NCBI RefSeq assembly: GCF_006345805.1
Contig: NW_021832421.1
Coordinates: forward strand, 1-63,401
Source: Octopus sinensis
Lineage: Eukaryota
Direction of reading: 5' to 3'
Length of the DNA: 63,401 nt
The notes beneath the pieces were generated by a model. It searched no databases and was not told where the DNA came from. It worked only from the letters and a program-made list of their open reading frames with translations. This document shows positions 1 through 14,905 of the stretch, in pieces; positions within the stretch are counted from its first letter, which is position 1; each line of letters begins with the position of its first letter. The translations under genes and the position numbers were made by a program.

Positions 1-1060
1 GCCATAATGTAAAGAAATGTTGTGTATGAGAGAGAGAAAGAGAGAGAGAAGGAGAGAGAGGAAGAGAGAACTTCATAACCTTGAACCTAAGATGAATCAT
101 TAAGGAAGTGGGGCAGGGGTAGAAAGCTCATTGTCAGTCTACATAAAGGGTACGTTTATATACAGGTAGGTAGATATAGGGGTTAATCAGGTCTATTTAG
201 GTGGGTTTCTGTGTTACAGGTGAAAGACACCATCTAGAGGATTATTATTATTATTATTATTTTATTCCTTTAATAACTAATGGTGGTGGGTCAATTAATT
301 AGAGGCTACATTATGTGTTGTTATGCCACTTCCACCCCCCATCCTTCGCTAACTCCCTCCTCCCTCCCAGTCCACCCAGTAGCTGTTGTCTGGTAACGGT
401 AGTGCTCTAAACAGGTAAACAAGGTGTGTTTATATTTTATTACAATTCATAGTTGCTGAAGCACAACATTTTACAATGTGACAAGGCTTTGTTAACAAGG
501 TACAATTACATATACATTACACACACACACATATATATATATATATACACACATACAACACCAATACCTACAAGCTGAACAACAATACCAAATAAATATG
601 TACTTATAACACTTTTGCATGACAGCAATGATATATATATATATCGTTGCTATTATGCAAAAGTGTCGTAAGTCCAAAATGTTGCTTTTTCAGAAAATGG
701 TAAAATAGTTTCACCATTCCATTTCTTTTTACATTAGCAACAGTTTCGGCCTAACAATAATACTTTGTTGGATGCATAAAATTCTAACTCCATGTATGTA
801 TGATATTTTGAGTCGGAAATATTTTTGCAAAACTGTCGTATGTGGGACTTACTACACTTTTGAAAAATGTTAAACTGTTGTATTACACTTTGACAATTTT
901 CATATCTTGGCATCTCCAGCAGCTGGAGATAGAATAGTTTAACCAAAAGAACTGACTATTGCACACAAAATTAAATATTGGAAAAGAATGCATTTGGACA
1001 TACGTTAGTTGAACATAAGAGCAACGATATATATATATATATATATATATATAGATATAT

Positions 1061-1104
<44 letters not shown>

Positions 1105-1785
1105 CAAAGCAGTTTCTGGTATTGAAAGTTTAAAGAAAAATAAACAAAACAGACATATTAACAACGTGATTTATTTGCATTCATTTATTTATATATATAT
1201 ATATAAAGATGTTGTATATAGCTTGCTTTCAGTTATGCAGGAAATACCATTGATTATATATATATATATATACACACAAGTATGTGTGTGCATGTGGGTA
1301 TATACATATTGGGAGAATTCACAAAACAACACAAGACGAAGACAGGTGGTGTAGACAACAAACAGATGTATTAGTTTAACACTCAGGAAGTGAAAAAGTC
1401 TTTAACGTTTTGAACCTACGCTCTTCTACAGAAAGGAACAAGGAGAGAAAATAAAGAATGTGTAGTGGCTAGCGATCTATCATAACATACACACATATAT
1501 ACACACACGTGATTAATATGTCTAAGAGCATGTCACGATACTTATGAGAGGGGAGAGTAAGGGGGAGGAGCGAGAGAGAGTGAGGGGGCTTCAGTTGATT
1601 ACAATTGGTTAACAAGAGAGACTGGTGGAGGGAAAGTATGAAGGCCTCCCCATAACATCAAATGTCAAAACGAGTATCATGGCTACTGGCAGACTTGTTA
1701 TATTTGTCCGTAAGATATCTGTCATGTTGGATTTGATTTGCATTCCACACACTGAATGCCATGTGCCAAGCATAAGGTAAGTCCA

Positions 1786-2150
1786 GGCATAGGCATGGTG
1801 CTGTGGTAAAGAAACTTGCTTCATATTCATGTGGTTCTGGGTTCAATCCCACTGTACAGCACCTCTGACAAGTTTCTTCTTTTTATAGCCCTGACCTAAC
1901 CAATGACTTTTCTGTCAATTTGGCAAATGGAGACTGTGTGGAAGCTCATCATGTATATGTTTTTGTATCTGTATTTGTCCCCTCACCCACTGCTGATCCC
2001 CATAGCTCAGCAGTTCATCAAAAGATATGATAGAATCATCACCAGACTTTAAAAAAAACCTTAGTCCTAGGGTCAATTTGTTCAATAAAAACCCTTAAAG
2101 GAAATGCCCGGGCATGGCCACAGTCCAATGACTGGAACAAGTGAAAAAAA
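1786..2150 (+). mobile_element. tRNA-derived SINE family A, diverged
   Basis: Head, body and tail recognisable. Partial copies also near 3540-3700, 13185-13335, 18830-18990, 57880-58020 and 58575-58730. Confidence 0.75.
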
Positions 2151-2741
2151 TAACCCAACAAAACCATTGCTGTCATTGATAATTGTGTATGACTTGTGCC
2201 AGGCTTTGGCTAATTGTTTTAGGGGGCCTGTATAATCACAGGTAGACATAGCCACCTTCTTGGCCCTCCTTATCCTTCATCCAGCAGATCATTCAGAATA
2301 TGAGAACTGAGGTGAGAAACAGCTGCCCCAGCAAATGACTGGTATTTATTTTTTGCTGAGTAAACTGGAGCAATGGGAAATGAAGTGACTTGCTGAAGGT
2401 CACAATCATAAGGTCCTGGAATCAAAGCCACGACCCTTATGATTGTGAGCCCAACACTCTAAACACAAGTCACTGGTGACCTGAGCCAAGCTGACCCAAG
2501 CCACCGTTGATCTTCAGAAACTCACACCTTTTTATGGCTTTTGGGAAATCCATGAAGACTTAAAAGTTTCAATGTAGAACATGAAGAGGAAAACAAAGTG
2601 TGTTGGACTCTTTTTTTTAACAAGTTAACCTTTTTGTCACCATATTTCTGTTGAAACACATGTTTTTGTTTTAATACTCCCCACCACACACACACACACA
2701 CAAATATACACATACGCATATATATATATATTTCTTTACTA

Positions 2742-2921
2742 TCCACAACGGGCTAAACACAGAGAGGACAAACAAGGAAAGACAAACGGATTAAGTCGAT
2801 TATATCGATCCCAGTGCATAACTGGTACTTAATTTATTGACCCTGAAAGGATGAAAGGCAAAGTCGACCTCGGCAGAATTTGAACCCAGCGTGCTAACGT
2901 TTCTGCCAGCTCGCCGCCTTA
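2742..2921 (-). mobile_element. tRNA-derived SINE family B
   Basis: Minus strand aggcggcgagctggcagaaacgttagcacg...gttcaaattctgccgaggtcgactttgcctttcatcc. Further copies near 8200-8365, 37125-37310, 39180-39385 and 39710-39902. Confidence 0.8.
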
Positions 2922-5900
2922 CATATATAAGCATATATGAAGACACACATTATGTGCAGCTACCCACATGTGTCTTCCCATACATGCTCTCAGGAGACAA
3001 GCATTCCTAATGCATTAATGCATGTGAGCACATAACAGGAAATGAGTTTTGAGTTCAAATCCTGATAAGAGACTCATGAGGAACAGCAACTGAAGTGCTT
3101 TAACTGAGTTCATCTTGCTCACCTTTGCTGTGACCATCACTACAGAATTTACTGATGTATAGAAATGGAATGTACAGTAGTAACAATACAACAGCCCTAG
3201 GCTTAGAATATTTCCTCTGAAATGATTCTTCACAGCAGTCAGAGTATACAACATGGCCTTCAGCTCAATGTCATCATCATTATCCACATTGTTGTTCTAA
3301 CATCTACTTTTCCATGATTGCATAGGTCAGACAGAATTTGTTGAGGCAAGTTTCTACAGCTGGGGGCCCTTCCTGTCGCCAACCATCACCTGTTTCCAAG
3401 TAAGGTGACATTTCCCCATGACCAGACAGGTTTTTCATGGAAGAGTGGAAATGAAGGCTGCTGCTTGTATAACAATGACACTCATTTACAACTATCATGA
3501 TGTCAAAGCAAAGAGACAGTCGGTAACACACACACACATACAAAGGTTCCTTTCAGTTTCCATCTACCAAATCCACTCACAAGGCTTTGGTTGGCCTGGG
3601 GCTATAGTAGAAGACACTTTCCCAAGGTGTCATGCAGTGGGACTGAACCCAGAACCATGTGGCCAGGAAGCAAATTTGTGAACCATAAGCTATGTTTGCA
3701 CATATTGTGGGTATTGCATATCTGGAACAAATGATTTGCAGATTAAATCCAGTTTGTTGGCCAGATTATCTCAATGAGTTAAGCTTGTGCAGTCAGAACT
3801 GACCTTAGATGACAAGAACGAAACTTTCAAAAAGCAAAAAAAAAAAAAATTACGACATTATATGTAAAGCAACCAAAGGAACCTATACATGCTTGGTAGA
3901 TATAGCAGCTAAATGTCTCTCAAATCACAATCTACTACCTATACTACAAAAGGACACATTTTATAATATTGGTCACCGAAAAACAAGAACAAAAAAATGG
4001 GAGGATGGTCATGGCTGGAATATTTTTTATCATAAGCCTACTTGGAGAGGATTAAACAACATGAAGACAAAATAGATTGTTTCATTATCAGTTGTAACCT
4101 CCCTCTTCTCACACACTCCCCTGTCTCTTGCCCCTCCCCCTACACTTTTCCAACCCATCTACCCAGCACATCTGTCTGTCTCCCACTACCATTCACTTTG
4201 CATCTTGGCCACCCAGACACCTCATCACCAGCTCCACCCAATCACACATCCACTCTGAGTAGTTGTGGAGCTCTTCTACAGAGACAAACCTACTCAGCCT
4301 TCTTTTATTTTAACCCCTCATCTCCATAACTAAAACTGCCCCACTGCCTTGGGGTTAGGGTCCTGCAAGCTACTTGCTGACCCCACTAGTGCTGGTATCA
4401 CAAGAAAAAAAAAAGAAAAAAAGCAATCCAGGCCACACTCCGTAAAATGGTGGGCATTAGGAAGGGCATCCAGTCAAAGAAACCATGCGAAAGCAGAAAA
4501 CAGCAGGGCTTGGTTCCATCAGACGATGACAAAATATTTAATCCATGCTAGCAAGGAACAAGGACGTTATACGATGACGATTATAATGAAGGGCCATTAT
4601 CTGTTTACAACACTTACAACATTTACAACACTGATACTAACACTAGTTTCATGTGAAGTCTATGATGCTTGGGATCTAAGGACATACTTTCTGCCTTTTT
4701 AATCAAACACAGTAAGGGTCTACTCTCTCCCTTCACACAAATGGTCTTTTTCATCTGCAAAAACACTTTCACCAAAAACTAACAAAAATATTTTAAAGTT
4801 GTAGAACTCTCCAACACATGGAGTGTATAAAACAGCAGGTGTGTGTGTGTGTGTACATATATGTAAACACACACACATATATATTATATATATACACGCA
4901 CACACAAATATATACATGCCTGAACATGCATAAACTCACACCCAAATATACAAACACCCACACAAATATTCATGTACATGCACCCTTACACACACACACA
5001 CACACACAGACAGACATGTATACAAAGCCAGATACATATAAACATACATGTACACCCAACAGATTACATAAACATACACAGAGTTCAATATAAACATAAG
5101 CACACATACACACACAAGTGTAGAAATAAACACTGTTTGCAGACCGTTTAATCTCATCCCTCCATATTTTGCTGTTCCTGCTTAGCCCAAGGCCAGTCCT
5201 GATCAAGTAGTTCATTCCAGTCACGACAATCCCCAGAGATAGGCTGAACAAATTTGAAATACACACAATAAACACAAATATACACTAAAAACATACACAC
5301 ACACAAAACCATAAACACTACTCTCACGTTCACTCACCATATTCCTACCCACAAAATAAAAACTTACCTACCCCATCTCCACTCCACACACAAAAACACT
5401 AGCTTGGAGGTCTGTTAATAATTAGATTCTGTTAATAGTCTGTTAATAATTAGATTCTAAAATTTTTGGTCAATATTTCTCAGGTGGTGAAGACACTAAT
5501 TAGCTGTTAATTAGTCTTAATAAATACACACTTCAAACTGTGTGAACAGACACACACACATCGGTGGATTGGTAGAGCTATTAGAGCAGCAGAAGATTAT
5601 ATATGAAACATCATCATCATTTGCTTTCTATTTTCCATGCTGCCAGAAGTTGGATGATTAAAAAAAGGAACCAATGAGATTGAGGACTGTACTTACTTCA
5701 GCCCTTTTCTCTCCCCATAGAATTCAGGCAAACAACAACTTTGCTTTGCTGTTCTTGACTATCGATTGTCTTTTCTGCTTCTCTCCAGCTGGATCCTTGC
5801 TTTTCCAGCCCTGTCTCACTATCCTGCCTCCACCTATTTCTATGGAACAAATCCCTTGTGGGCAGAAGCTTACCTGAGGGAAGGCCCTTCTCTCTAGTTC

Positions 5901-7479
5901 ATTTTCAATTGCTATCAAGGCTTCCATAACTTTTGTTTTTCTTTTCTTTTTTTTCTTGGTAGGGGACTTGGTCATCTGCAAACCAAGTTTTACTGCTGGG
6001 AATAGAGGGTCCAAATATTAGTCTGGCTTCTGTCTTTTTGCTTGTCCAGCATCGGAGACTCTACCAGGAGCTTGTTGTTCTTTGGCATCTCTCACAGGGT
6101 CACTGAGGCACACTGGCCACCAAACCACAACAAAGACCAGATCTTGAGGCGGAAGAGAACAGTGCCATGTTTCATTGTTTATTCTGGTAGGGTTTCTACA
6201 GCTAAACACCTTGTCTTATGCCAATCAACATGTGTGTGTGTGTGTGTGTGTGTGTACACTTACACATCCACGCATCAGTGGATTGGAAAAATCATTTGAG
6301 CATTGGAAGAAATGTCACATTCTGAGTTCAAATCTGGGTAAGGTTCTCTTTGCCTTTAAACTCCACCCAAAGATTGGGAATGAGATAATTGACTGGCCCC
6401 TCCATACGAATATTCAGCCTTGAGCCTATACACACATTATATATATATATATGTACATACATTATATATACACACACATTATATATATATGTACATACAT
6501 TATATACATGTGTATGTATGTATATGTACACATATGTATACTCTCTAATATGAATACAAATGTATGTAAAAGCATCCAAATACTGACATACCTGCATTTA
6601 TATATGTGTATGTACATATCTGTATGCATGTGTGTATAAGCACACATATATACACATGCACACACACACACACACATATCAGTATACGTATGCTTTTACA
6701 TACATCCTTATGTTAGCGAGTACCATTCAAATTTACACACCCACACATACACACACACATTCATATATACACCCACATCTAATTATACATTTGTGTGCCT
6801 GTGTGTATATTTATATATAAATACACACACATAAAACATGCATAAACACAAACTTCTGAAGTCAGACAGACAGACAGACAGTGTGTTGAGAAAAGGATGT
6901 AGTGAAGTGACAGAGTCAGGGTAGTTAATGGTAAACAGATGCCGGTTCCTACATCATTAGCTCCAGATGAGATTGGAACCTAGGATTACATTAGCTCCAG
7001 ATGATGACTAACCTCTCAAGACAGTTAAGTAAACACAACAGTTAAGTAAACCAGTTAGTAATAGTTATTAATAGTAGTAGTGATGGTGGTGGCTGTAGTG
7101 GTGATGGTGGTGGTGGAGTTTGGGTTTTCTCATAGAAAAGAAAAAAAATCTGAGAAAAAACTTGCCACACCACTGTTTAGGAGTCAAAAAGGAAGTATGC
7201 ATGTGGCAACTTGACCTGCTAGAAATAGCAACCGAATCTCAGTGAAATCATATCCTATTGCCTTAAAACAGGAAGGTCACATTGATTGACCCCAACCTCC
7301 ACAAAAAAACAAAAAAAATAGGATGTTTACAACTGATGAACCAAAGAAATCAAGGAGCTGAGCTTGAAAATCACTTGAGGGTTGGTAACTGGATGAGTAT
7401 CCAGCCTTGAGATCAATTCCCTGTCTAAGCCATTCTAGCATGGAGAACTTGACACTAAAATCAAGAAACAAATGAGAGA

Positions 7480-7820
7480 ATGTGTGTGTATAAAGATGCT
7501 TCGAGTGAGATGGCAAGACAGCTAAAGCCTTATTGGAACAGGCAAACCAGCAGTTTGTCAAAACCCAGATCAAGAAAAGGAAATGACGTAAGCTGGGACA
7601 CACCCTATGGAAGCCAATTCCCATCGTTACAAGGTAAGCCTTCTGATGGCCACCCTAAAGGAGACAAGTGTAGCAGACCAAAAATAAATGGCAGGTGGCT
7701 ACCCCTGGGTACAAACACAATCCTTTGCCAAATATTGAGACAGATGGGGATCTCTTGTTGGTATCCCTATATTGTTGGTATCTTGTTGGTATCCCTATAT
7801 GGGGATAAAGGATTAAGAAA
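7480..7820 (+). mobile_element. Old RTE-like LINE 3' fragment (different family)
   Basis: LLEQANQQFVKTQIKKRK*RKLGHTLWKP...TR*AF*W/HPKGDKCSRPK resembles the RTE C-terminal WxWxGHxLR...GRP motif. Confidence 0.65.
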
Positions 7821-7851
7821 AAGTATTAATTTATGAAACAAATCAGCTTAA

Positions 7852-8073
7852 CCCTTTTGTTACCATATTTCTGTTGAGATGTTCTGTGTTTCTTTCAATT
7901 AATTTTAAACATAACAAAGAGTTTAGCAAAAAAACTTAGTTATCATTAAGCTAGGGTTAAGAACATAAATTGTGACTACGGTTTGGTGGAAGATTTTAAT
8001 TCAAAACTTATGAAAACAAGACATTTGCACTGCAGAGCCAGAGGTGGTTTCAGCTGGGTTGGTATCAAAAGGG
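7852..8073. mobile_element. piggyBac-type MITE
   Basis: TTAA at 7848-7851 and 8074-8077. TIRs cccttttgttacca / tggtatcaaaaggg (13/14). A partial copy lies near 2625-2675. Confidence 0.8.
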
Positions 8074-8376
8074 TTAATGTTGGCCCTGATTCAACTTGAC
8101 AACAATTTTGTTAGATAGAAACTCACAATGTAATGAATCGGAACAAATATTGGAAGATGGGTTTTGTCTCTTTTTTTCATATTTTTGTCCAAAATTATTA
8201 TTCAATTAATCCACAACCCTCGACTGGTTCTTTTATTTTATTAACCCTGGAAGGATGAAAGACAAGGCTGATCTTGGTGGGATTTGAACTCAGAATGTAA
8301 AAGGACAAAACAAATACTGTGACACATTTTAATCAGATGCTCCAACAAGTCTGCTAATCCACTGTCATCTGTGAGT

Positions 8377-8510
8377 GTGTGCATGACTGAATGTGTGTGT
8401 ATGTGTGCATGACTGAATGTGTGTGTATGTGTGCATGACTGAATGTGTGTGTATGTGTGCATGACTGAATGTGTGTGTATGTGTGCATGACTGAATGTGT
8501 GTGTATGTGC
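8377..8510. repeat. 26-bp minisatellite, about 5 copies
   Basis: (gtgtgcatgactgaatgtgtgtgtat)n. Confidence 0.9.
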
Positions 8511-8669
8511 ACAATGTTTATATGCATGGTGTCATTGTGTACATGTGTGTATACATATACAAGTGTGTGTACATGTGTATACGTATGTTTGGGGTATATA
8601 TGCACGTGTGCATGGTTATGTGTATGTGCATACACACACACAGAAATAGATGTGTACGGGTAGGAGTGC

Positions 8670-8704
<35 letters not shown>

Positions 8705-9490
8705 AGCATAAGTTTGCACATACATGTTTATGGCTCTGCATGTGGGCACATGCACTGACATGTGCTCACATGCATTAATACATTATGAATGCTTGTCTCC
8801 TGAGCATGCATGTGAGCACACATGCAGATAGCTGCATATGCATGCGTGCATGTGTGCGCCTTCATATATGCTTACATGTATATATTTGTATGTAGGAGTC
8901 TATACATAATTCTGTATACACACAATCATACACAAGTGGAATATATAATTGTTGTTGTTGTTGTTGTTGGTCCTCATATAATGTCACTTATAAGTTGTTT
9001 TTTTCACTAAATGTCAATGAGGATGGGAGTGGTGGGGGAGGGTTGGCAGAGAGGGAAGGAAGAGAGGAAGCAAGACACAATGAAAAGGTTATGGAATAAT
9101 TATGGCAAACAATTCAATTAACACTAAATTACGATTATTTTTTATATTTTTATTTACTTATTACTTGTTTTATTATATATATATATTTTTTCTTTTATTT
9201 ATGACTTTGAAATTGAATGTCTTAAAGATAGTAACCAACTTCAGCACCCTGATCCTTATATGAAAACTGACCAAACATCCTAAGTCTGTCTCATATTCAC
9301 AAACTACTTCAGATGTTTAAGTCTGTTAGTCTTGGATAGAGACAACTCCAGACATTCTGTTCTATCTTATATCAAGACAATGACCAACACCAACCCAATG
9401 GTCTGTTATATAACCACACACAGGTCATTGACCTAACATTACAAGAGAGATAAACAGACTCAGACCCCTACCTCCCTCATTTGTCTATAT

Positions 9491-9743
9491 CAGTGGCACT
9501 CAACCACTTTTTACCAATGGCTCCCTTTCATTCCTATTTTACTCCACTGGACCTTCGTAGCCATTCAATGTATATAAAAAGAATCCCGTTATATTTTTAT
9601 AATTAAATATTCCAAAGAATTGTATAAAAAATTGAAATATTTTGTGTATTTTAGAAATATAAGCAATTTATTGCAGATAAATTTTAACAACAAAATCTTA
9701 TCTGGTCCCGCAAGAGTCACATGAACCCTGGTTGAGACCCTCA
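9491..9743. mobile_element. hAT-like MITE
   Basis: Termini cagtggcactcaacc...ggttgagacc. A homologous copy in opposite orientation lies at 20978-21222. Confidence 0.6.
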
Positions 9744-11457
9744 GGTTTACATTAAACCCAGGAAGTGACCCTTAGTCAGGGCAACATTAGACATTATTTA
9801 AACTGCCTTGGTTTGGGTAATCCTGTCACAGTATAATGCAGTGTTGTACCTTTGTACTTTGTTTCATCCAATAGTGTAATGTGTAGCCCTGTATCACACC
9901 ACCATCTGCACTACCACCTGCACAGCCTTGTGTCAGTGTTGTCACCTGTTGAACTTTCTGTCACACACAACCAGGAAGGGTAATTATAGTCCCAGTGTCA
10001 CTCCACCACCACTTGTATAACTCCAAGGCCTGTGGGGTATATGTATGCTTCCTGTAGCTACGGTGCCACACCGTTGTAGTACATGTGGCCTGGTGTCACA
10101 CTGCTGCAACTTGTATAGCCCTGTGTCTCATCACCATCCTCCTTGTGAAATGTGAATTAAGACAAGTATCATATCCAAGGGGAGAGCTTATGCTCCATAC
10201 AGCCCCTTCAAACTAGTGCTAAGCTCTCTGTCCCTTAATAGTACTGTCAAGGTGAAACCCTGCTCCTTAATAATTTTGTGCTTCTGAGCCCTGGTCCTTA
10301 ATATCCCCTCAGTGTTAGACTTTGGACTTTATTGTCCCCTGATTGCTTAAATGGTGTTTCCCAAACATGGCTGTACAGACCCACAGATCACAGATAACTA
10401 TCCTAGCAGATTGAGTGTGCATGTGCACACACACACACACACACACACAAATATATAGAAAGTGATGTATGTGCACAAGTTATTGCATGTGTGTATACAT
10501 TTGTTCACATATACCTGTGTGTGAGAGCAAGTGCCATTATTGTGGACTGGTGATAAGTTCTGAACAAGCCATTGTCTAAAGAATGTAGAAGCACCCGTTC
10601 AATTCTTCCTGGCATAAGTTTAAAGTCAATAGGTTGTAGGGAGATAAGATTAAATCAGCCATAATGACCACACAGGTAGAAAGAAACAGAGAAATATATA
10701 TAAACACACCTGTAATAAATACAAAAAGGTAGAGAAGGCAGCTTTTTTTTCTTATTTTTTTCCACCTTGCCCACCAATCAAAATCTGTGAAAGTCAGTGT
10801 TAAATGTCAAACAGGGAAGTTTCAAGGTGTGAAGAACACAAACACACATACACACAAACACACACACCATGACAAATATAGTCATTAAAGAGACACAAAA
10901 GACTTCCTGTTTGGTAACAAAACTAAAGTTGACTCTTTATGTGGCTGGTTCCACAACTGTGTGTGTGTTTGTGTATATCTATCTATCTATCTATCAATAG
11001 ATAGATATACAGATATGTGGAGGTGGGGAACAGCTGTCCGCATTTGCTTATATGTGTCTGCTGAGAGTGGACTGGCAGGTTGGTTCATTGTGTGTGCGTA
11101 TATTTCTGTCTGCTCACTTGTCTACATGCCTGTGTATGCATGTGTGTATATGTGTATATATAAGATTGGGTGGTAATGAATATGTGTGTGTGTATCTACT
11201 CCCCTTTGCAAATGGGGAAATCAACTATCTTGGTCAATCTGCACCAGACACACACACTCTTATGCATGCATCCATCCATCCATACATACATACATATATA
11301 CATACATACATGATATGAAAGGTATTGGTGTCAAGAAGACCCAAAGGTATCAGGTAATCGGTGCTGATGAAGGAGCAAAAACACCCAAAATATAGCATAT
11401 ACACTCATTGCCCATTTTAACAGTTGTGCCCCAGCATGACCACAACTCAGAACTGAA

Positions 11458-11460
<3 letters not shown>

Positions 11461-11502
<42 letters not shown>

Positions 11503-12050
11503 CTATATGCATATTATATCTATATCTATATATATCTATAATATATATCTATATATATATATCTATATATCTATATATATATATTATATATATAATCTAT
11601 ATCTATATATATATCTATATATCTATATATATATCTATATATATATCTATATAATCTATATATATATCTTATATATATATATCTATCTATCTATATTTAT
11701 ATAATATCTATAATATATATATATTATATATATATATCTATATCTATATATATATCTATATTATATATATATCTATATCTATTATATTATAGATATATAT
11801 ATATATATTATATCTATATATCTATATCTATATATATATCTATATCTATATATATTATATATAATCTATATATATTATATATATATCTATATCTATATCT
11901 ATATATATTATATATATATAATCTATATCTATATATTATTATATAATCATATCTATATCTATATATATTATATATATATCTATATCATATATCTATATAT
12001 ATTATATATATATATATATTATATATATATATATATTAATTATATTATAT
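11461..12050. repeat. Long (TA)n/(TATC)n low-complexity tract
   Basis: Direct observation; similar tracts occur throughout, e.g. 53773-53980 and 60329-60840. Confidence 0.95.
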
Positions 12051-12938
12051 AGTGCTCTTAGTTTAGATTTTTCTTGGGGCCAGCCAGATGGGAGTAGTCT
12101 CGAGTATAACCAACTGAAACTGCCGAGAAGTTTCGGAACTTGACTGAAGATAGAAAACTCTGAATGACCCATCCTTGTTTTCGCTTGTCCTTTTTTGTAT
12201 CGTCTAACTGTCTGGATGTTTTGTTGTCGTCTGTTGCATTCTTGTTCCATTTTTTGAATTCTTTTATATATCTCATGGTTTTCACAATAGGTATATTGTA
12301 TCTGTGGTATGTCGTAGGAGATGACTAAGAGTTGGCGTCAGGAAGTGCATTAGCCTATTAAATTCTGTCTCATAAAGTCGTATCTAACAGATACCACCAC
12401 TAGCATTGGCCACCACCCAGGTGGCTCGAGTTTAAATCTCAGCAAAACCTCCAAGACAAGTGAGGAGGAAAACAGAAAGGGAAAAAGGGAAATCAAATCA
12501 AAATCATAATTCACTGAGTGGTGTGGAAACTGGGCATAAAGGTTGGGATTTGTATTTGGGTCTAAATATTTGCAGAACAGTGTTGAAAGCTCAAGGTCTT
12601 GGTGGCTGCAGGGATGGTGATATTACAACAAGGTATTGTGTTCACTTCCACAAAATCACAGCTACAGCCTCACTCAGTTTTTCTCTTATATACATACATC
12701 ACCATCATTTTGAAATTCACTTTTCCACATTTGCATGGTCCAAATGGAGTTTATTGAGGCAGAATTTCTATGGTTAGAATTTCTATGTTTCCAAGCCAAG
12801 GTAATATTTCCCTGTGGCCAGACAATGTTCTTCCAAAATATTGGAAACAAATGACACTGCTTGTGTGACAATGACGCTTGCTTAGAGCTGTCACACAATG
12901 CCAAAAATAAAAAAAAAAAAGACATATGTATGTGTATG

Positions 12939-13000
<62 letters not shown>

Positions 13001-14311
13001 TATATATATATATATATATTGGAGTGGTTGGTATTAGGAAGGACATCCAGCTGTAGAAACCATGCCAAATCAGATTAGAACCTAATGTAGCCCTCCAGCT
13101 TACCAGTTTCAATCACACCATCCAACCCATGCCAGCATGGAAAATAGATACTAAATGATAACACACACACACACACACACACACACGAGCTTCTTTCAGT
13201 TTTTATTTCCAAATCCACTCCCAATGCTTTGGTCAGCCTAGGACAATAGTAGACGGCACTAGCCCAAGGTCTCCCATGAAATGGGACTGAACCTGAAACC
13301 ATGAGGTTGGGAAACAAACTTCAAACACACAGCCACACTACTTCTACACACACACACAGTTATCTCCATACAGTCATGTTGCAAAATGTCTTCATGAAAA
13401 TCCACCATTAATGTGATACAAAACATTTTCTCGTGTGACATCCATGTAACACAGAAGCCAATGGGAAAAAATAGGGACCACATTATGGGTCCAGTGCTGT
13501 CCTAAGGCAATAAGCAGACTAGGCATTTCCCGGGCGGAGGCGGTTCATGGGTCAAGGGGCCCAGTTCTAATCTACATAGGCTGGGGTTTGCTGTCAATAA
13601 ATAACCTCTGATTAGTCCGAGGGATCCACAACATTAAGATGGTCCTGTATGGAGCTCCACGTCACAGCAACATTTTTCAAAAGGGCAACACTTCCATAAA
13701 GCAGGAAGCTGGGTGTGTATGCTTGTCTATGTGTATGTAGGTGACTATATCATACTGTATATGAGAATGTGTGTATACATGTTTGTGTATTCTATTGTGC
13801 ACATATCTATTATTCTTTATGCGTGTATTACATAACTTCATGTTGTCTCCTCCTTTCCCTCTCTCAGTTAAATAGTTCTCCCCTTCAACCACTCCCTCTC
13901 CTCCCCTACACTTCAGTACTTCTCTCTCTCTCTCCTCATCCCTCACTTATTTATACTATCCCTTCCCTCTCTCTCTCCAGCCACCCTGAATCCACCCCAC
14001 CAACTGTGATGTCTAATACCTCAACTATTTCCATGGATACATGTAAAACTCACACAAAATATTTCTCTTATCACATTTGCCTTTATCTCTGATTTTCTCT
14101 TCTTTACACCTTGCACTGACTTACACATACATACACACACACATCAAATTACATATATTAATACATACACACACTCAAGGAAACGCATATATAAAAACAA
14201 ATACATATAAACATGTAGACAAATGTACACATATATACATACATGAAAACACAAATACAATACATACAGTATATTTTCATATATATAATTACACACACAG
14301 TATATATATTA

Positions 14312-14680
14312 TATTTGTTTCACTTATTTGACTGCGGCCATGCTGGAGCACTGCCTTTAGTCGAGCAAATCGACCCCAGGACTTATTCTTTTGTATACCT
14401 GGTACTTTTTCTATCGTTCCCTTTTGCCAAACCATTAAGTTACGGGGACGTAAACACACCAGTATCAGTTGTCAAGCTATGTTGGGAGTACAAACACAGA
14501 CATACAAACACACACATATACGATGGGCTTCTTTCAGTTTCCGTCTACCAAATCCACTCACAAGACTTTGGTTGACCTGAGGCTATAGCAGAAGACATTT
14601 GCCTAAGGGTTCAGACTCAGTGGGACTGAACCCAGAACCATGTGGTTTGTAAGCAAGCTACTTACCTCACAGCCACTCCT
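14312..14680 (-). mobile_element. tRNA-derived SINE family A
   Basis: Reverse complement is colinear with 59669-60083. Confidence 0.85.
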
Positions 14681-14905
14681 ATACATACACACACATACAT
14701 TGTATCTTTAAATAGAATGTGTTATAGAATACAGCTCTATATTTAAGAGATGAGGAATTATGTACATTATTTACATTTGATGGATATTTGTCCTCATCTT
14801 GTTTGTTGTTAACATGTTTCAACTGACATACTGTCCAGCCTTCATCAGGTGTCTCGGGGAAATTTTCGAACCTGGGTTCTCATTCCTAAGGTATTTTACG
14901 ATAAC

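Noticed and set aside
5868-5976. Possible minus-strand exon (MTKSPTKKKKKRKTKVMEALIAIENELERRAFPQ, cag|gtaag)
   Set aside because: Splice sites are plausible, but the peptide matches no Ras segment or known domain and is partly a poly-A tract.
6040-6065. SDAGQ on the minus strand as a possible DTAGQ (G3 box) exon
   Set aside because: Lacks the LDILDT context and a suitable donor; chance match.
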